DNA from: Eledone cirrhosa
Lineage: Eukaryota
Length of the DNA stretch: 64,000 bases
Direction of reading: 5' to 3'
Assembly (NCBI GenBank): GCA_964016885.1
Contig: OZ024746.1
Location: forward strand, 93,744,001 to 93,808,000
Shown here: piece by piece, positions 1 to 12,470 of the stretch
Position numbering within the stretch: position 1 is the stretch's first letter
Layout: every line of letters begins with the position of its first letter
Program-made: the position numbers and the translations under genes
The notes under the pieces: model-generated
The model's input: only the letters and a program-made list of their open reading frames with translations
What the model was told of the DNA's origin: nothing
The model's database searches: none

Positions 1-503
1 ATAGCTACTGTGAGACATGTAACCATATTAATAGATAGCTACTGTAAGGCATGTAACCATATTAATAGATAGTTACTGTAAGGCATGTAACCATATTAAT
101 AGATAGCTACTGTGAGACATGTAACCATATTAATAGATAGTTACTGTAAGGCATGTAACCATATTAATAGATAGCTACTGTGAGGCAAGTAACCATATTA
201 ATAGATAGTTACTGTAAGGCATGTAACCATATTAATAGATAGCTACTGTGAGGCATGTAACCATATTAATAGATAGTTACTGTGAGGCATGTAACCATAT
301 TAATAGATAGTTACTGTAAGGCATGTAACCATATTAATAGATAGTTACTGTAAGGCATGTAACCATATTAATAGCTAGCTACTGTAAGGCATGTAACCAT
401 ATTCACAGATAGTTACTGTAAGGCATGTAACCATATTAATAGCTAGCTACACTAGGGCATGTAACCATATTCACAGATAGTTACAGTGATGTATGAACCA
501 TAT
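1..503. repeat. 34-bp minisatellite (~14 copies, runs off the window start)
   Basis: Unit ATAGCTACTGTAAGGCATGTAACCATATTAATAG starts at 1, 35, 69 and so on; it degenerates near 480-500. Confidence 0.95.
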
Positions 504-745
504 CTGTATCCCTATCTTAAGCTATGATAACAACAGATATGGCTGCAACACAAAGTGAAGTTGTTCTACGTGTTTCATGTAACAGCCATTAACCATCAAT
601 AAACACCTTGCTGGCTTTGAAAGGAAAAGAAAACCCCAAATACTCATAATACAAAATAAAAATACATGTCTCTTCACCCTTTTGATACTAAACCACACCT
701 GAGTCCAGGATTGGTAGACCATATATATATCATGGATATATGACC

Positions 746-1050
746 AGGTGGCTTAGTGGTTAGAGCGTTGAGTTCAAAATCGTAAGGTTGTGAGTTCGAA
801 TCCCGGACCGGGCAGTGTATTGTGTCCTTGAGCAAGGCACTTTATTTCATGTTGCTTCAGTTTACTCAGCTACAGAAATGAGTCGCGATGTCACTAGTGT
901 CAAGCTGTATCAGCTATTGCTTTTCCCTTGGACATCATCGGTGGTGTGGAGAGGGGAGACTGGTATGCATGAACGGCTGCTGGTCTTCTACAAACAACCT
1001 TGCCCGGACTTGTGCCTCGGAGGAGAACTTCTTGGTGCATATCTCGTGCT
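746..1050 (+). mobile_element. tRNA-derived SINE (family B)
   Basis: A box TGGCTTAGTGG, B box GTTCGAATCC, then body TTGTGTCCTTGAGCAAGGCACTTTATTTCA shared with copies at ~3115, ~22740(-), ~34160(-), ~42430. Confidence 0.85.
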
Positions 1051-1065
1051 CATATATACATTCTT

Positions 1066-1101
1066 TCTTCTGATGAAGCACTAGCATCCAAAACGTTAAG
1101 A
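1066..1101 (+). ncRNA. Degenerate minimal type I hammerhead motif heading a PLE-like tail
   Basis: TCTT-CTGATGA-13nt-AAAA(G12 to A)-CG-T-T-AAGA; stem I TCTT/AAGA; the tail 1095-1180 recurs on the - strand at ~19875-19975. Confidence 0.5.
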
Positions 1102-1177
1102 CCCTCTTCCTGCTATTTCAAGCGTTAAACTAATATGTTCCTGTATCGTTTGTGTTGTTATTTCTGTTTACCTTTTA

Positions 1178-1369
<192 letters not shown>

Positions 1370-1414
1370 TCAATGATATTAAATAAATGGAAACTATATT
1401 TATAAAACCATATT

Positions 1415-1475
1415 TATTCTATTATATATATTTCAAGGGCACCAAAACTTTGGTACGCTTTCATCAGATAAAATA
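1415..1475 (-). ncRNA. Minimal type I hammerhead ribozyme, family H1 copy 1
   Basis: - strand: TATTTTAT CTGATGA AAGCGTACCAAAGTTTTGGTGCCCTT GAAA TATATA T A ATAGAATA; full core, 8-bp stem I, stem II hairpin, palindromic stem III. Confidence 0.8.
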
Positions 1476-1654
1476 CAAAGTTTGTTTTATAAATTTTGAC
1501 ATAACCAAGGAAAGATACCTTAACGATTCAAGTTTTCCACTATCCAAGGAATGTTTAGTGATTTATTTATTAATCACAGGATATTATTATATATTTAATT
1601 TAAATTGATTAGACAAATTTATATAATTTTTTTTTTAGAGCTCAAATATGACAC

Positions 1655-1995
1655 AGCCATTTGGGAGGATGAAATTCGGCCCAAGATGTTAAAAGCCTTA
1701 AATAAAGAAGGTATTTTCTGGATGACTTGTGTGTGCTGGGTGGCCTGGATCTCTGGAAAGACACCTAAACAATGTCAATTGGGAGTGATAATCCCAATTT
1801 TCAAAAAGGGTGACAAGAGAGATTGTTCCTATTATAGAGAGATCTCCTTGTGAAGCCTCCCTGGTAAAGTCTATGCTAAGTGTCTGGCAAAGAGATGTAG
1901 GGAGATTGTCAATTCCAAGTTAGCTGACGAACGCAGCACATTCAACCAAATATTAACACTGGGGCAGGTCTTTGAGAACTCTTGGGAGTATTGTC
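1655..1995 (+). pseudogene. RTE-clade LINE reverse transcriptase fragment
   Basis: EDEIRPKMLKAL...GVIIPIFKKGDKRDCSYYREISL*SLPGKVYAKCL, an RT N-terminal motif with a stop. Confidence 0.85.
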
Positions 1996-2044
1996 ATGAA
2001 CAGAATTGACATACGCAGCCAGGTTCGAAGTAATATCACAACCT

Positions 2045-2312
2045 CCGTCGGTTACGACGACGAGTGTCCCAGTTCAAAAGAACAGCCTGCTCGTAAAATT
2101 AACTTGCAAGTGACTGAGCATTCAACAGACATTGTACCATTAAAAACTCGTGTCACAGAGTGTGAAAAGTCTGGCCCCTTTTCATCACAGATACAACTCA
2201 TATTTTTTCTAGCTGAGTGAACTTGAAATAAAGTATTTTGCTCAAAATTTCGACGGATCGAACTCATGATGTTACGACTGTGAGCCAAATACTCTAACCA
2301 CTAAGCCATGTA
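2045..2312 (-). mobile_element. tRNA-derived SINE (family B)
   Basis: Reverse complement of TGGCTTAGTGGTTAGAG head and GAGTTCGATCC B box, with shared body. Confidence 0.75.
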
Positions 2313-3114
2313 CCTTCTCTACGTATGCTATGGTATTCTGACAACTTTATCGATGGTGTGTGCGGAGAAAAGTAAATTGCATCATCATCATCATACTCAT
2401 CATCATCTCCATCAATGTCATCATTACCATCGTCATCATCATCACCATCATCACCGCCACCACCATCACCATCACCGTCTTATGTTTATTTTCCATGTTT
2501 GCATGGGCCAGATGTGTTGACACATTCTGAGGCCAGGCGTGTCAGATGTCTGCCTCTTGATCACAAAATATATATTTTTTCAATACCAGTCACTGAGATT
2601 AAGATGTTTTATGTTCTCTGCGTAAAATAATTCAATACATCGATTTACACATAAATTGTCTGAATTGACAGTATTTTTCTTTTTTAAAAAAGACAGCAAA
2701 GAGCTGTTTGAGAGATGTGGTTTCTGCTCCAGCGTCAACTTGGGTCAGTTTTAAAAAATGAGTGACGTCGAATTTGTTAGGAGTTGTACACCTTGGAATT
2801 TTTTCTTCTTCCCTGAGCACAGTTGGTCGACTTGATGGAATATCGAATGATCCGAAAGGTTGGGAGTTCGCATCGTGTAGACCAGTAATGGGGAAACTGC
2901 GGTCCGTTTGGCTATCTGAATAGTAGTGCGGCCCACTCCTCGAAAAAGGTTGCCCATGCCTGGTGTAGCCAATATATTGTTAAGTTTGTGGCTGGCCACA
3001 CGCTTCAAATCTTAAATAGTTCAGTCTACCTACGTTAAACATAGATGGCCCAGGAGCAGGATAACTTTGCCACTTTAAACAACATTATAAAATTGTTGTA
3101 ACTTAATGGCGAGG

Positions 3115-3410
3115 GTGATCGGCTCACTGCATTATGGTTGTAAGTTCGATTCCCGGTGATGCGTTGTGTCTTTGAGCAAGACATTTTATTTCACGTTGCT
3201 CCAGTCCACTCAGCTGACGAAAATGTGTTGTACCTGTGATTCAAAATGCCAGACTTGTCACATTCTGTATCACGCTGAATCTCCCTGAGAACTACGTTAA
3301 AGATATACATGTCTATGGAATGTTCAACCAATTGCACTTTAATTTTACGAACAAGATCTTCCGTTTTTCGAACAACTGGGAAACTTGTCGTCAGAACCAA
3401 TGAAGGTCCA
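3115..3410 (+). mobile_element. tRNA-derived SINE (family B)
   Basis: GTTCGATTCC B box plus CGTTGTGTCTTTGAGCAAGACATTTTATTTCACGTTGCTCCAGTCCACTCAGCTG body. Confidence 0.8.
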
Positions 3411-3939
3411 ACACACACACACACACACACAGAATAAAATTGATGTGTGATTGTTAGCATGTAGTCTTGAGTTCAGATTCCTATTGTGTGGTTGTGGACG
3501 GCAAGGGGAGATCACTCTCGTGGTATTTTCTTACGTAGAAACACCATGTGAGCAATTTTTCGTTGCTGTCCCAACAAATAACCGGATTATGTGATTCCCT
3601 AACATGACGCAGTACATTAGAACACATTGTAAACTCGCCAAAACCTTTAAACTGAACAAGTAATCCTACATGCGGGGCTGGCGTTACCATTAAGGCCAAC
3701 TAGGGAGCAGCCTCGGGCACAGACCTCAAAAGGGTGCATTACTGAACCTTAAAAACTGAGGTTGATGTAAAATTGTATGATTAAATTAAATATATAATAA
3801 TTTCCTGCGATCAGTAAATAAATAAGTCGTTAAACATCCTTGTCACAGAGCAATAGGAATATCCGAAACAGTGGAGAAGGTCGTATGGCATTATGTCTTG
3901 TTACATGATTTGGCGTGGGTGAGTGTGGTCTGTGTAGTG

Positions 3940-4400
3940 TCTAACACACTTGGGCATGTCTACAAAGTCAGAAAACAGCTCAGTTCCCATGACTTTCGGA
4001 AACATTTTTTCACGCTCAGAGTTGCTGAAGCATGGAACAAACTCCCTGCATCAGTTGTTAGCTGCCGAGACACTGCATCCTTTAAAACCTCCATAGAACA
4101 AACTCCCTGCATCAGTTGTTAGCTGTTGAGACACTGCATCCTTTAAAACCTCCATGGAACAAACTACCTGCATCAGTTGTTAGCTGTCGAGACACTGCAT
4201 CCTTTAAAACCTACATGCTTCCTGAGATTCACTAACACTACATCTGATATCCCCCTCCATACACACGTACACATATATATCATGATTCATACACTGTTCA
4301 TTTTCTTGACATTTGTACATTGTTCTATGTACTATACTTACACCTTTGATTAGTTGTAGTACTCCTGAGCACACTACACAATCATTTCATTATTATTATT
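3940..4400 (+). mobile_element. CR1/L2-type LINE 3' end with a 3x internal ~60-bp tandem duplication
   Basis: TLGHVYKVRKQ...RKHFFTLRVAEAWNKLPASVVSCRDTASFK, the typical CR1 C-terminus; (ATT)n tail. Confidence 0.8.
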
Positions 4401-4549
4401 AAAGGCAGCAAAAAGTGTAAAAAATAAAGTTTATCGACTTTCTAATCTATAACTTGAAATTATTCTATTTTGGGAGAAACGGACACATAACTGAGAAAAT
4501 GTGACATACGTTGTAAAGGTAGCCTAGTGAGCTAAATATCCATGAAAGC

Positions 4550-4840
4550 ATCATCGCCCCATGCCCCTTTTAAGCTTGGATAGCACACGTTTAAAGCTTT
4601 CGCGATCACTCCAAGTGCTGGGCCTCACAATCACAATCTCTCATGGAGAACATATATCCTTAACAAAGCTAGAATCGTATCTTTTCGAAGCCAAAGTATA
4701 CTTTAATCTCCAGCAACCAATAACTCTGTACAGAGACTACGTACGATTCCCAATGGACACTGCTCACACATCTGCGGGCGGGGAAGGCGATGCAGTTGTT
4801 GCCCATGCTGCCATCCTAGACCGCATCCAGAAAAATCTCT
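4550..4840 (+). pseudogene. Decayed L2/CR1-group LINE RT C-terminal fragment
   Basis: LYRDYVRFPMD...AILDRIQK resembles the LYKxxVRPxMEY...LDRIQ motif. Confidence 0.55.
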
Positions 4841-4961
4841 AATTGGTTTAAATACACTCACTGAGGAGTGATGGAAGGCAGGAGGCTGAATTAAGTGCAA
4901 GAATCAAAAGCTGATGCAGTAATTAGAAGGGAAGTAGGCGTAAAAGCCAAATTATTAATAC

Positions 4962-5093
<132 letters not shown>

Positions 5094-5126
5094 ATATATG
5101 TATATATATATATGTGCGTGTGTATG

Positions 5127-5164
<38 letters not shown>

Positions 5165-5165
<1 letters not shown>

Positions 5166-5300
5166 CGAAGGAAATGTGGTAAGGAACCAGATGGACCATA
5201 ACGCACCAAAGTACTCAATACTTAGGGTAGTAGAGTGGGTAATAGGAACGAGTAGGACCCCGACGGCTGAGCTAAAAAATAACCGAGGTGTCCTACACGA
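5165..5300 (-). mobile_element. Short PLE-like tail element abutting (TA)n
   Basis: ~90 bp near-identical to 27530-27612 (+): TACCCACTCTACTACCCTAAGTATTGAGTAC...CCTTCGTT followed by (TA)n. Confidence 0.6.
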
Positions 5301-5318
5301 GTGAAAGTATAAAGAAAG

Positions 5319-5397
5319 AGAGATGAAATCGAAAATGCAACTGGAGTCTTATTTTTTTTTTTAAATAAGACTCCAGTTGCATTTTCGATTTCATCTC

Positions 5398-5398
<1 letters not shown>
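5319..5398. repeat. Perfect inverted repeat (~36-bp arms, T-rich loop)
   Basis: AGAGATGAAATCGAAAATGCAACTGGAGTCTTATTT ... AAATAAGACTCCAGTTGCATTTTCGATTTCATCTCT. Confidence 0.95.
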
Positions 5399-5444
<46 letters not shown>

Positions 5445-5691
5445 ATGTATATATATATTTGTAGCATAGACTCTCACACGGGTAGTTTTTACATTGAAAT
5501 TTTTATTTTGAAATAATAATTGTTTCTACTTTAGGCAAATACCCAGTGTATTACTGGTACTTTATTTTATCGACCTCGTAAGGATGAAAGGCAAAGTCAA
5601 CCTCGAGAAAAAATATATCTCCATATTTATTGTTTACTAATCTGAATAAGAACAGCAGTAACCCAGCAACACTGGGTCATTCAGCTAGTAA

Positions 5692-5747
<56 letters not shown>

Positions 5748-6001
5748 TGAAACAAACAATGTCAAAGAGTTTCTGAGAAATCTCCACAATATTCTATGGT
5801 ATGGTCCCGTAACTCCCGATAGAGCCGTAGGGGCACCGTAGTTACATACATCTTGGGCATCTTAAGCCTGGCGGAGCTCATTCCTCTCCAGGCCTGAGTA
5901 CAGTAGATTTCTTCTGAGAAAGATAGAAAGTGAGAGAGAGGAAATGCGAAAGATATATAGAGGAAGAATCGATCCCCGTACTGGATTGGTACTTTTTTTT
6001 A

Positions 6002-6185
6002 TTTGTTTGTTTGTTTGTTTGTTTGTTTGTTTGTTTGTTTGTTTGTTTGTTTGTTTGTTTGTTTGTTTGTTTGTATGTATGTATGTATGTATGTATGTAT
6101 GTATGTATGTATGTATGTATGTATGTATGTTTGTATGTATGTGTGTATGTATGTATGTATGTATGTATGGATGGATGGATGGATG
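6002..6185. repeat. Compound (TTTG)n(TATG)n(GATG)n microsatellite
   Basis: Direct inspection. Confidence 0.95.
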
Positions 6186-6329
6186 TTGACTTGTTCTTCT
6201 TTTTGGTAAATATCATCTTGGTTAAGAGAGTGGGACTGGCTTTGTGCAGTGCCTTTGCTCACTATAAAAGCTTCACGGCACAGGCATTGCTTTATATCTG
6301 GAGATCTCTCTGCACTTGTCGTGACATGG

Positions 6330-6600
6330 TACCATGGGCCCAGCACTATGTGTCAATAATTGTCACAAGTGTAGTGTTTGTACCAGAGTTTTCAAGTCGC
6401 TGGCTGGACTGAAAAGTCACACTCGTTCAGCTCATCGGTAGGGCTTCTCCTACATGGATATAAAGTAGTGGCCGTACTCGAAAACGAGTTGGCAGCCACC
6501 ATGTATGTATGTATGTATGTATGTATGTATATGTATGTATGTATGTATGTATATGTATGTATGTATGTATGTATATGTATGTATGTATGTATGTATGTAT
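6330..6600 (+). mobile_element. LINE (RTE-like) 3' end with a C-terminal C2H2 finger and (ATGT)n tail
   Basis: Frame reads CSVCTRVFKSLAGLKSHTRSAHR*, then a short 3' UTR and (ATGT)n. Confidence 0.55.
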
Positions 6601-6603
6601 ATA

Positions 6604-7144
6604 CAGGGGTTGGACAAAATAATGGAAACACCTAGCATCATAGCATCATAATTTTGAAATATCTATAAAACCGTCAAAAGCTTGTGGTCATTAAGCTCTG
6701 CAGTAATTTTGGGAGCTGTATTTTTGTGATCCTTTCTAACAATTCGCGTAAGAGTCCGACGGTCCCTGTCTGAAAATTTTGGTTTTCTTCCAGAGTTTTG
6801 TTTCGAGGAGGAGGTTTTTCCCTCTTTCTCAAAGGCTGGTATTACTTTCGAGACAGCACCTCTTGATACACCAAACATTTCGGCTGTTTTCGTTATGCTA
6901 GCGTCTGCCATACGAGCACCAACAGTTTGACCTGTTTGAAAGTCCGATAGATCTGTCATTTTAATGAATTTTAATTACCTTTTTCTGATGATATCTGAAA
7001 AGAAACAGCAATTTTAACAAAACATATTAAGCAACACTAATAATAAATAAAAAAACATAAAAATAAACAAGCTTTTGACGGTTTTATAGATATTTCATAA
7101 TTATGATGCTATGATGGTGTTTCCATTATTTTGTCCAACCCCTG
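6604..7144 (-). mobile_element. Internally deleted Tc1/mariner element
   Basis: ~70-80-bp TIRs CAGGGGTTGGACAAAATAATGGAAACACC..., TA on both flanks, inserted in a TA-rich microsatellite. Confidence 0.92.
6663..6959 (-). CDS. Truncated Tc1 transposase: N-terminal HTH DNA-binding region only (98 aa, no DDE)
   Basis: MTDLSDFQTGQTVGARMADASITKTAEMFGVSRGAVSKV...GRKPKFSDRDRRTLTRIV, Tc1/Tc3 HTH with GRPR-like motif; the ORF runs into the TIR. Confidence 0.65.
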   Translation of the reverse strand: MTDLSDFQTGQTVGARMADASITKTAEMFGVSRGAVSKVIPAFEKEGKTSSSKQNSGRKPKFSDRDRRTLTRIVRKDHKNTAPKITAELNDHKLLTVL

Positions 7145-7300
7145 TATATATGTATATGTATGTGTATATATATATGTATGTATATATATATATATGTATG
7201 TATATATATATGTATGTATATATATATATATGTATGTATATATATATGTATGTATATATATATGTATGTATGTATATATATATGTATGTATATATATATG

Positions 7301-7333
<33 letters not shown>

Positions 7334-7340
7334 GTGTATG

Positions 7341-7373
<33 letters not shown>

Positions 7374-7404
7374 GTGTATGTATATATATATGTATGTATG
7401 TATG

Positions 7405-7440
<36 letters not shown>

Positions 7441-7446
7441 TATATA

Positions 7447-7482
<36 letters not shown>

Positions 7483-7621
7483 TATATATATTTATATATA
7501 TATATATATATATGTAAATATATATGTATGTATATATATGTATGCATATATATATATGTGTGTATATATGTATACATATATATATATATATATATATACA
7601 TACATACATATATATTCATAT

Positions 7622-7654
<33 letters not shown>

Positions 7655-7681
7655 CATACATACATACATATATATTCATAT

Positions 7682-7720
<39 letters not shown>

Positions 7721-7743
7721 CATACATACATATATATTCATAT

Positions 7744-7786
<43 letters not shown>

Positions 7787-7857
7787 CATACATACATATA
7801 TATTCATATATACATACATATATATATACATACATACATACATATATATTCATATAA

Positions 7858-7896
<39 letters not shown>

Positions 7897-7995
7897 CATA
7901 CATATACATATATATATACATACATATATTTATATACATATATATATACATACATATATTTATATACATATATCTATATACATATATCTATATAC

Positions 7996-8053
<58 letters not shown>

Positions 8054-8138
8054 GTATATAGATATATGTATATAAATATATGTATGTATATATATGTATA
8101 TAGATATATGTATGTATATATATATATGTATATGTATG

Positions 8139-8177
<39 letters not shown>

Positions 8178-8222
8178 ATATGAATATATATATATATATG
8201 TATGTATATATGAATATATATG

Positions 8223-8271
<49 letters not shown>

Positions 8272-8380
8272 AAATATATATGTGTATGTATATATATATA
8301 TACATATGTATGTATATATATATATACATATGTATATATATGTATGCATGTATGTATGTGTATATATATATATATATACA
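7145..8380. repeat. 1.2-kb compound (TA)n-rich array
   Basis: Direct inspection. Confidence 0.95.
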
Positions 8381-9433
8381 GTTAGTGTAATAACCAGGTG
8401 GTTGTTTAGTTGTTGATTGCCAAAGCTCTTTCGTCATACATTCTGTAACCTCCTCAGTGATTACCTTTGTTGTTATTTTGTGTCTCTCCTTTGTTCTGTC
8501 CTTATATCGTCTTGTTTTTTGTGAGCTACGCATGGTTTAGTGTGTGTGTGAATATTTATCTACTTTAATATATTTATTTGTTTATTTATGTATACGTTTA
8601 TTTACTTGTCACCTGTTGGTTACTTATTCTATGTGTGTATTTGGTTTGTTTCATTATTTTAGTTCTTGTATGTCTCTGCATGTCTTTATCTTGTCTTTAA
8701 TTCCGAGTTGTGATGTTGCAATTCCACTAATATTTTCTGTTTGGTTTTAGTTGGAGTTCGTTTTATGTTTGTCGCTTCTGTAATTTGTCGGGGTATTGCA
8801 TCTTTTCTCTGTGTGGTTACGATTTTTATCTTGATGTTCTCTATTGTACCCTCATATTCCATTCTGGCAAGTTGGTGGGGTACTGATGAGTTTTTCCCAT
8901 CTTGGAGTTCTTTCCAGTATTTTTATCTTGATGTTCTCTAGTGTACCCTCATATTCAAAGTTGGTGGGGTACTGAGGAGTTTTTCCCATCTTGGAGTTCT
9001 CGCCAGTATTCATTTCTCCTTTCTCCTCTGCTACAGGCCATCTCATCTATGTCAGTCGTGTTCCTGTTTCTATATTGTCCCTCCGTACATCTCATTCTAT
9101 ACACTAGATTCCTAGTTTTGCAGTTAGTTGTGGGCTTAATTTGCAGACTATACATTTTCTATGGGAGCAAATTTTGGAATAGGATGGAGAGAACTAAGAA
9201 GAGAAACAAGATCAACTCGTGGTATGACAGCATCAAATACTAGAGTGTAATGTTCGTCAATGCAACCCCCAGAGGCGACCTAGCATACAGATTTAAAAGG
9301 GCGGGCGCTAGACAAGCTAAAATTAAACATTAACATAGTAGAAAAACGAGGTATTCCTATAAAAGCCCTAATTAGTAGAACATACCATTTTGGGAAAACC
9401 CCTTGCACTGATAGAAAATGTAGCCTGCAAATT
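8381..9433 (-). mobile_element. Decayed Penelope-like retroelement (Cys linker, GIY-YIG endonuclease, 3' end with hammerhead) with an inverted 5' segment
   Basis: - strand 9160 to ~8700, frameshifted: CIVCKL...NCKTRNLVYRMRC...DIDEMACSRGERRNEY...RQITEATNIK (decayed GIY-YIG); + strand 9160-9433: WNRMER...WY...SVMFVNATPRGDLA...IVEKRGIPIK...PCTDRKC (PLE linker). Confidence 0.75.
8415..8465 (-). ncRNA. Hammerhead motif in the PLE 3' end
   Basis: - strand: TCA CTGAGGA GGTTACAGAATGTATGAC GAAA GAGC T T TGG; core present, stems weak or decayed. Confidence 0.55.
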
Positions 9434-9454
9434 TATGGCAGGTGAACAGTGAAG

Positions 9455-9496
9455 TGCACTGATGAAGGATAATACCCAGAAACAATAGTGCCTGCA
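9455..9496 (+). ncRNA. Degenerate minimal hammerhead motif
   Basis: TGCA CTGATGA AGGATAATACCCA GAAA CAATAGTG C C TGCA; stem I TGCA/TGCA, U16.1 to C change. Confidence 0.55.
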
Positions 9497-9690
9497 ATTC
9501 TGTTCGCATGCCAACACAAGTGCAAGATGAGGGGCTCATTCTACTGACATGGCTTTAAAAATGAGGCTTGTTTGCATGATTGCAAACGAATCAAATATTA
9601 TTATTAATATTCGAAAAACTCAGATTACATTTATTGTATTCAGCCATGTAGAGCGAAAACATTTTTCTAATTATATATATGTATATATAT

Positions 9691-9786
<96 letters not shown>

Positions 9787-10419
9787 CGCGCACCCCTCAC
9801 TATGAATAAATAACCTAACCTGATACGAATATATCGGAAACTGGTCAACTTAATTATTTCTATCATGAGAAAAGAAGCTGATTTTTTTTAATAACAAAAA
9901 TAAAAAAAGGCAATCAACAAAAGTGATCGAGTTATCTCATTTAAAGGTACCATAATCGAACTATATAATTCATCGATTTTTGGAATTGAACCCCAATGTT
10001 TTTTTTTATTTCATTCAATTATGCATGCAAATATATGCAATTTATATTTTAAAAGCGAGAGAAAGGGGGAAGACACCACAATTTTTAAACAATAGGATTT
10101 TTTTCCATACCTTGACGTGTATATGTATATATGTGTGTATGTGTATATGTATATATGTGTGTATGTGCATATGTGTGTATATGTGTGTATGTGCATATGC
10201 ATACGTTTATATGTATGAGTATATAAATATAAATGTGCAAACACAGACACGCTTACAAAAACACAAATACATTCACGCAGGCAGCAGACGTAAAGAGAGA
10301 GGAGTAGTATGAGGTAGTCAAACTGCTCCTCTCTCTTTACGCGTTGTGACAGAATTGCAGAAAATTATATATAGAAGACAACACGCTCGTAGCAATGGCG
10401 CGAGTGATAACGAGGCTAA

Positions 10420-10800
10420 GACGCTGGAATAGCCAGGTACCTTCGCAGGTATCACCACGTTGTCAATATCTCAGCATCGCCAATGCAGAGGAAAGGAAGA
10501 CAAACAAATACTGGGGATTGTCTGGCCGCTGCTTCTTTGCACTGGTCGCCGTCGATTCTCAGGCATACTCGGACCCCGCACTGTCGAGTCCTCCACAAGA
10601 TCGGGACGTCAGCAGCCCTACGAGGTGGGGTGGCTGTTGCAGCGGGTGTCGCTGGCCATTGTCTGCGGAAATGCTTTTGCGGTCTTGTTCGTGGGGTGCA
10701 GCCCCAACACTGCCCTGCTCTAAGCCCAGACCCCACCACCCTCCCTTTCTTCTATGGCTCTAGAATCCTTGCTTTCTCCCTCCTTTTCCTTTCAATTATG
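10420..10800 (+). mobile_element. CRE-like (restriction-like endonuclease) non-LTR retrotransposon 3' fragment
   Basis: AEERKTNKYWGL...FALVAVD / EVGWLLQRVSLAIVCGNAFAVL across frameshifts. Confidence 0.7.
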
Positions 10801-11089
10801 ACTTTCATAGTCCTTTCCTCTACTTTCCCATACAGCCATATCTGCCCTTCTCTACCCCTTCTCCATTTTCTCATTACTTAATTTTGTTTTTATCTTTCTT
10901 TCTCATATTTTATTTATCTTTTAAAAATAAACTTCCTCTTTGATTAGAAATATTTACTTGGAAACAAAAATTATATTTATATAATGTATATGATTCACAA
11001 AAGAAACAAATCAGTAAAAGTGAGACAGAGAAAAGAGGGAAAAAAGCAGAGAAGACATGCTCCCTCGGTCAACCAAGCTATTCACAACA

Positions 11090-11450
11090 TTTCTTCTTCT
11101 TCTTCTTCTTGAGAGGGTCGTGGGGGCAGAGTCCTCCAGCACCCTTTCCAGCGGGTCCTGTCAGAAGCAACCATCTCCAACTGATCCAGCTGGATCCGCA
11201 AGCGAGACGATCCAAGCTCATGGATGTTATCCAACCATCTTGCTCAGCGCCTACCTCTGGGGCTCCTATACCAGTTGGTTTTGCCCGTAAAATCTGTCCA
11301 GCAATTCTTTCCTGAGACATTTTAACCACATGTCTATAGTACCGGAGCAGTGATCTCTCCATTAGGAGAAGTAGCGGCTCTACGTGGAGTGGCTGTGTGC
11401 GGAGTAACTCTATGATCTCCGAGCTACGCACTCTATCTAGTAACGTTACT
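11090..11450 (-). mobile_element. RTE LINE 3' end with (AAG)n tail
   Basis: RSSEIIELLRTQPLHVEPLLLLMERSLLRYYRHVVKMSQERIAGQIL; homologous to 31725-32160 and 36025-36220. Confidence 0.8.
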
Positions 11451-11605
11451 GGTACTTTATTTTATCGACCTCGAAAGGATGAAAGACAAAGTTGACCTCG
11501 CCTTTCAAACACATGACCTTTTTAATTAAGTTTTATTTGATAACTTGAATAAATAAAATGGATAGAACTAAACAGAATTTTATTCGTGAGTTTTATATCG
11601 AATAA

Positions 11606-11808
11606 TGATTTCTAGTATAGGCACAAAGCCAGTAATTTTGGGGGAGGGAAAAGTCGATTAAATCGACCCCCAGTACGTGACTGGTACTTTAATTTAAGCA
11701 AGAAAAGCAAAGTTAACATCGGATTTGAACTCAGATCACAAAGGGCCATAACTCTATGCTACAAAGCATGGTGTCCGACCCTCTACCGATTCTGCCAATC
11801 CACCGCCC
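11606..11808 (-). mobile_element. SINE family A with a 15-bp target-site duplication
   Basis: Reverse complement of GGCGGTGGATTGGCAGAATCGGTAGAG head; TSD TTTTATATCGAATAA at 11591-11605 and 11809-11823. Confidence 0.85.
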
Positions 11809-12277
11809 TTTTATATCGAATAACATTCGATTCGTTTGCAAGCCAACAGCCTCATTACGCTATGCAAACGAATCGAATATTATTATCATTCGATATAAAA
11901 CTCACGAATGTATTTACGAATCTGCTATATTAGATCGAAACTAATTTTATATCTAAATAATTATATTAATAAGAGTGTGAGGTGATAAACACTGAATCAC
12001 ACGCAACAACAAGGAACTTTGGACTTTCCCTCTAATCATTTTTGAAGCAAGCTAACATTTACAGCATTATGATAGCGAAGCTAAGATTCTGTAATAACCA
12101 AGTTCCTTTGTGGTCATCAGCTGACACATCGGTTAGGCGAACCACTGTAATGTCAAGTTCGCTACCAGTGGTCAGGTCACCCAAACTTTTCGAACGTCAC
12201 CAGCTGAAAATAAATTTACGATGATTGAAACAATAACAAAAGATAGTGACAAAAATTTTATTTATGGAATATAATGT

Positions 12278-12470
12278 GAATGGTTCTTCCAGCGCATCTC
12301 CCTTACCATCCTCCACGGAAACGCCTTCTCCATTCTGTCCGCCAGGGCTGTGGGGCGGCCAGCACCTGGGACCCCATTTGCTCACTATACAGAGAGATGG
12401 GGAGGGCAAGAGAGGTGGGGGCGATAACGGTGGGAGTTCGGCTCTTCCGTGTCCGGGACACATGTCAAGA
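12278..12470 (+). mobile_element. CRE-like retrotransposon 3' fragment
   Basis: WFFQRISLTILHGNAFSILSARAVGRP. Confidence 0.7.

Noticed and set aside
746-815. tRNA-like sequence with A and B boxes
   Set aside because: Continues into a repeated SINE body and lacks a proper acceptor stem; a SINE head, not a tRNA gene
8878-8900. CTGATGAG core-like motifs (also 4861, 6985, 50244)
   Set aside because: No correctly placed stem II-GAAA-stem III-UH with a matching stem I
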